From an uncultured Methanoregulaceae archaeon (GTDB lineage: Archaea > Halobacteriota > Methanomicrobia > Methanomicrobiales > Methanospirillaceae), in contig OY970061.1 of the NCBI GenBank assembly GCA_963705255.1, forward strand, positions 1,792,001 to 1,856,000: 64,000 bases of DNA. The letters run 5' to 3'. A model generated the notes under the pieces. The model saw only the letters and a list, made by a program, of their open reading frames with translations, made no database searches and was not told where the DNA came from. Position 1 is the stretch's first letter. Every line of letters starts with the position of its first letter. The translations under genes and the position numbers were made by a program. Below are positions 62,820 through 64,000 of the stretch, in pieces.

Positions 62820-64000
62820 TTGAGTACCTTTCGCAGGTCAGCGATGTTGGCAAGAACGGTTTCCGGTTCAATATAATAGGCGTGGAAAAGGGAGGCAACA
62901 GAGATATAATCCATGATATCCTGCTTCCTCATGGCATCAAGTACGGATTTTCTGGAGGTTATCTCCGCATCGAGCTGGTCCCGGGTCCACCCTCTCTTCT
63001 CGGCGATATCCGCATATACCTGAGATCTGCCAGTGTACGTGAACACGTCCCGGACCGGATCGTAAACAAAAACATTGTTGACCCTCAGGTTCCCGGTCGA
63101 CGGATCGATACCGGCAATCTCAACGATCTCCTGGACACGCCTCACGCGTTCAGTGCCGCGGTAGATCAGGGCCTGGACACTCATGATATTCAGCGCCTGC
63201 ATCATGTTCCGGGTACATTCAGCGGCTCACTTTCAAGCCGGTGGATGGCAGCGTCCACACTGCCCGCGTGCATGGTCGAGAACGTCGTATGGCCCGTGTT
63301 CATTGCCTGGAAGAGCGTCTGGGCCTCCGGGCCACGGACCTCTCCTACGAGGATGAATTCCGGCCTCTGCCGCATAGCAGCCCGCAGGAGATCGAACATC
63401 GTGATCTCATTTCCTCCCTCGGTCAGTGATCCGCGGGTGATGCTGGCAATCCAGTTGTCGTGATGGAGGGTGATCTCACGGGTATCTTCGATGCTCACTA
63501 CCTTTGCACCGGGAGGGATGAACAGGGAGACCGCGTTCAGGGACGTGGTCTTGCCGGATGCGGTCCCCCCGATGAAGATCAGGCTCTTGTTGTTCTCGAT
63601 GGCAAGCCAGAAATATGCCAGGGAATCTGCGTTGAACGTGCCGTTCTCCATCAGTTCGACCGGGGAGAACGGCTCTTCCCTGAATTTCCGTATGGTGAAC
63701 GAGGTCCCCCTCGTCGTCACTTCCGTGCCGAGGGTGAGCTGCAGACGGGACCCGTCAGGCAGGGTTGCGTCGACCATGGGCGATCCCGTGGAGATATGTT
63801 TACCGGAACGCTGGGCAAGGGTAATAGCAAGTGAATAGAGGGCCTCGGATTCAAAGGAGATATTGGTCTTGATATTGCGGTAGCTCCGGTGGTACAGGAA
63901 GAGGGGGATTTTGTTCCCGTCGCAGGAAATATCCTCGAGGAGCGGATCCTTCATGAGGGCATCGATCCGGGACCAGCCGATAAAGTTCCTGATGAGATAA
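62816..64000 (-). CDS. Type II/IV secretion ATPase (PilB/ArlI-like), 5'-partial, frameshift near 63211
   Basis: LEDISCDG, TIRKF, GGTASGKTT, SIEDTRE, RQRPEFILVGEVRG, TGH...TMHA. Confidence 0.92.

Noticed and set aside
2460-63220. Mass pseudogenisation or programmed frameshifting of pgk, thiL, srp19, RIO2 and others
   Set aside because: These are essential or conserved genes with single indels at GTAC or homopolymers and otherwise intact motifs; sequencing error is the simpler explanation.

Overview
Chromosomal window from a methanogenic archaeon, most likely Methanomicrobiales (Methanoregulaceae-like). This assignment is inferred from gene content: the A1AO ATP synthase operon, TFB, aIF5B, S6e/S8e, SRP19, Gar1, NrpR-domain and MTH865 proteins. 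Most of it is housekeeping: a leuCDB cluster, hisE, infB, hypB, thiL, RIO2, nadE, cupin pgi, class II lysS, rlmH, pgk, atpHIKECFABD, a type IV pilus/T2SS ATPase and platform protein, and three tRNAs (His-GTG, Ala-CGC, Ala-TGC). I found no CRISPR array, integrase or transposase. The most unusual signals are non-coding. (1) A dispersed family of G-rich intergenic repeats built on GGGGTACCCC / GGGGTAGCTACCCC palindromes; one copy sits next to an AT-rich HNH endonuclease gene. (2) A second dispersed family of REP-like hairpin arrays (TCGAAGAAC...GTTCTTC); one copy lies between a tRNA-Ala and a duplicated tRNA 3' end. (3) Strongly structured leaders upstream of leuC and infB. (4) Six of about 11 frameshifts in conserved genes sit directly at GTAC. 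This points to a DNA modification at GTAC causing read errors, and GTAC is the motif clustered in the G-rich repeats. Protein-level oddities include a nitrogenase-like gene pair, an ABC permease fused to a PrsW-type protease, a K+ channel with a GYT filter, a TtuA-like protein with a degenerate PP-loop, and an unannotated 53-aa zinc-ribbon gene. All calls were made by eye; no database searches were run.
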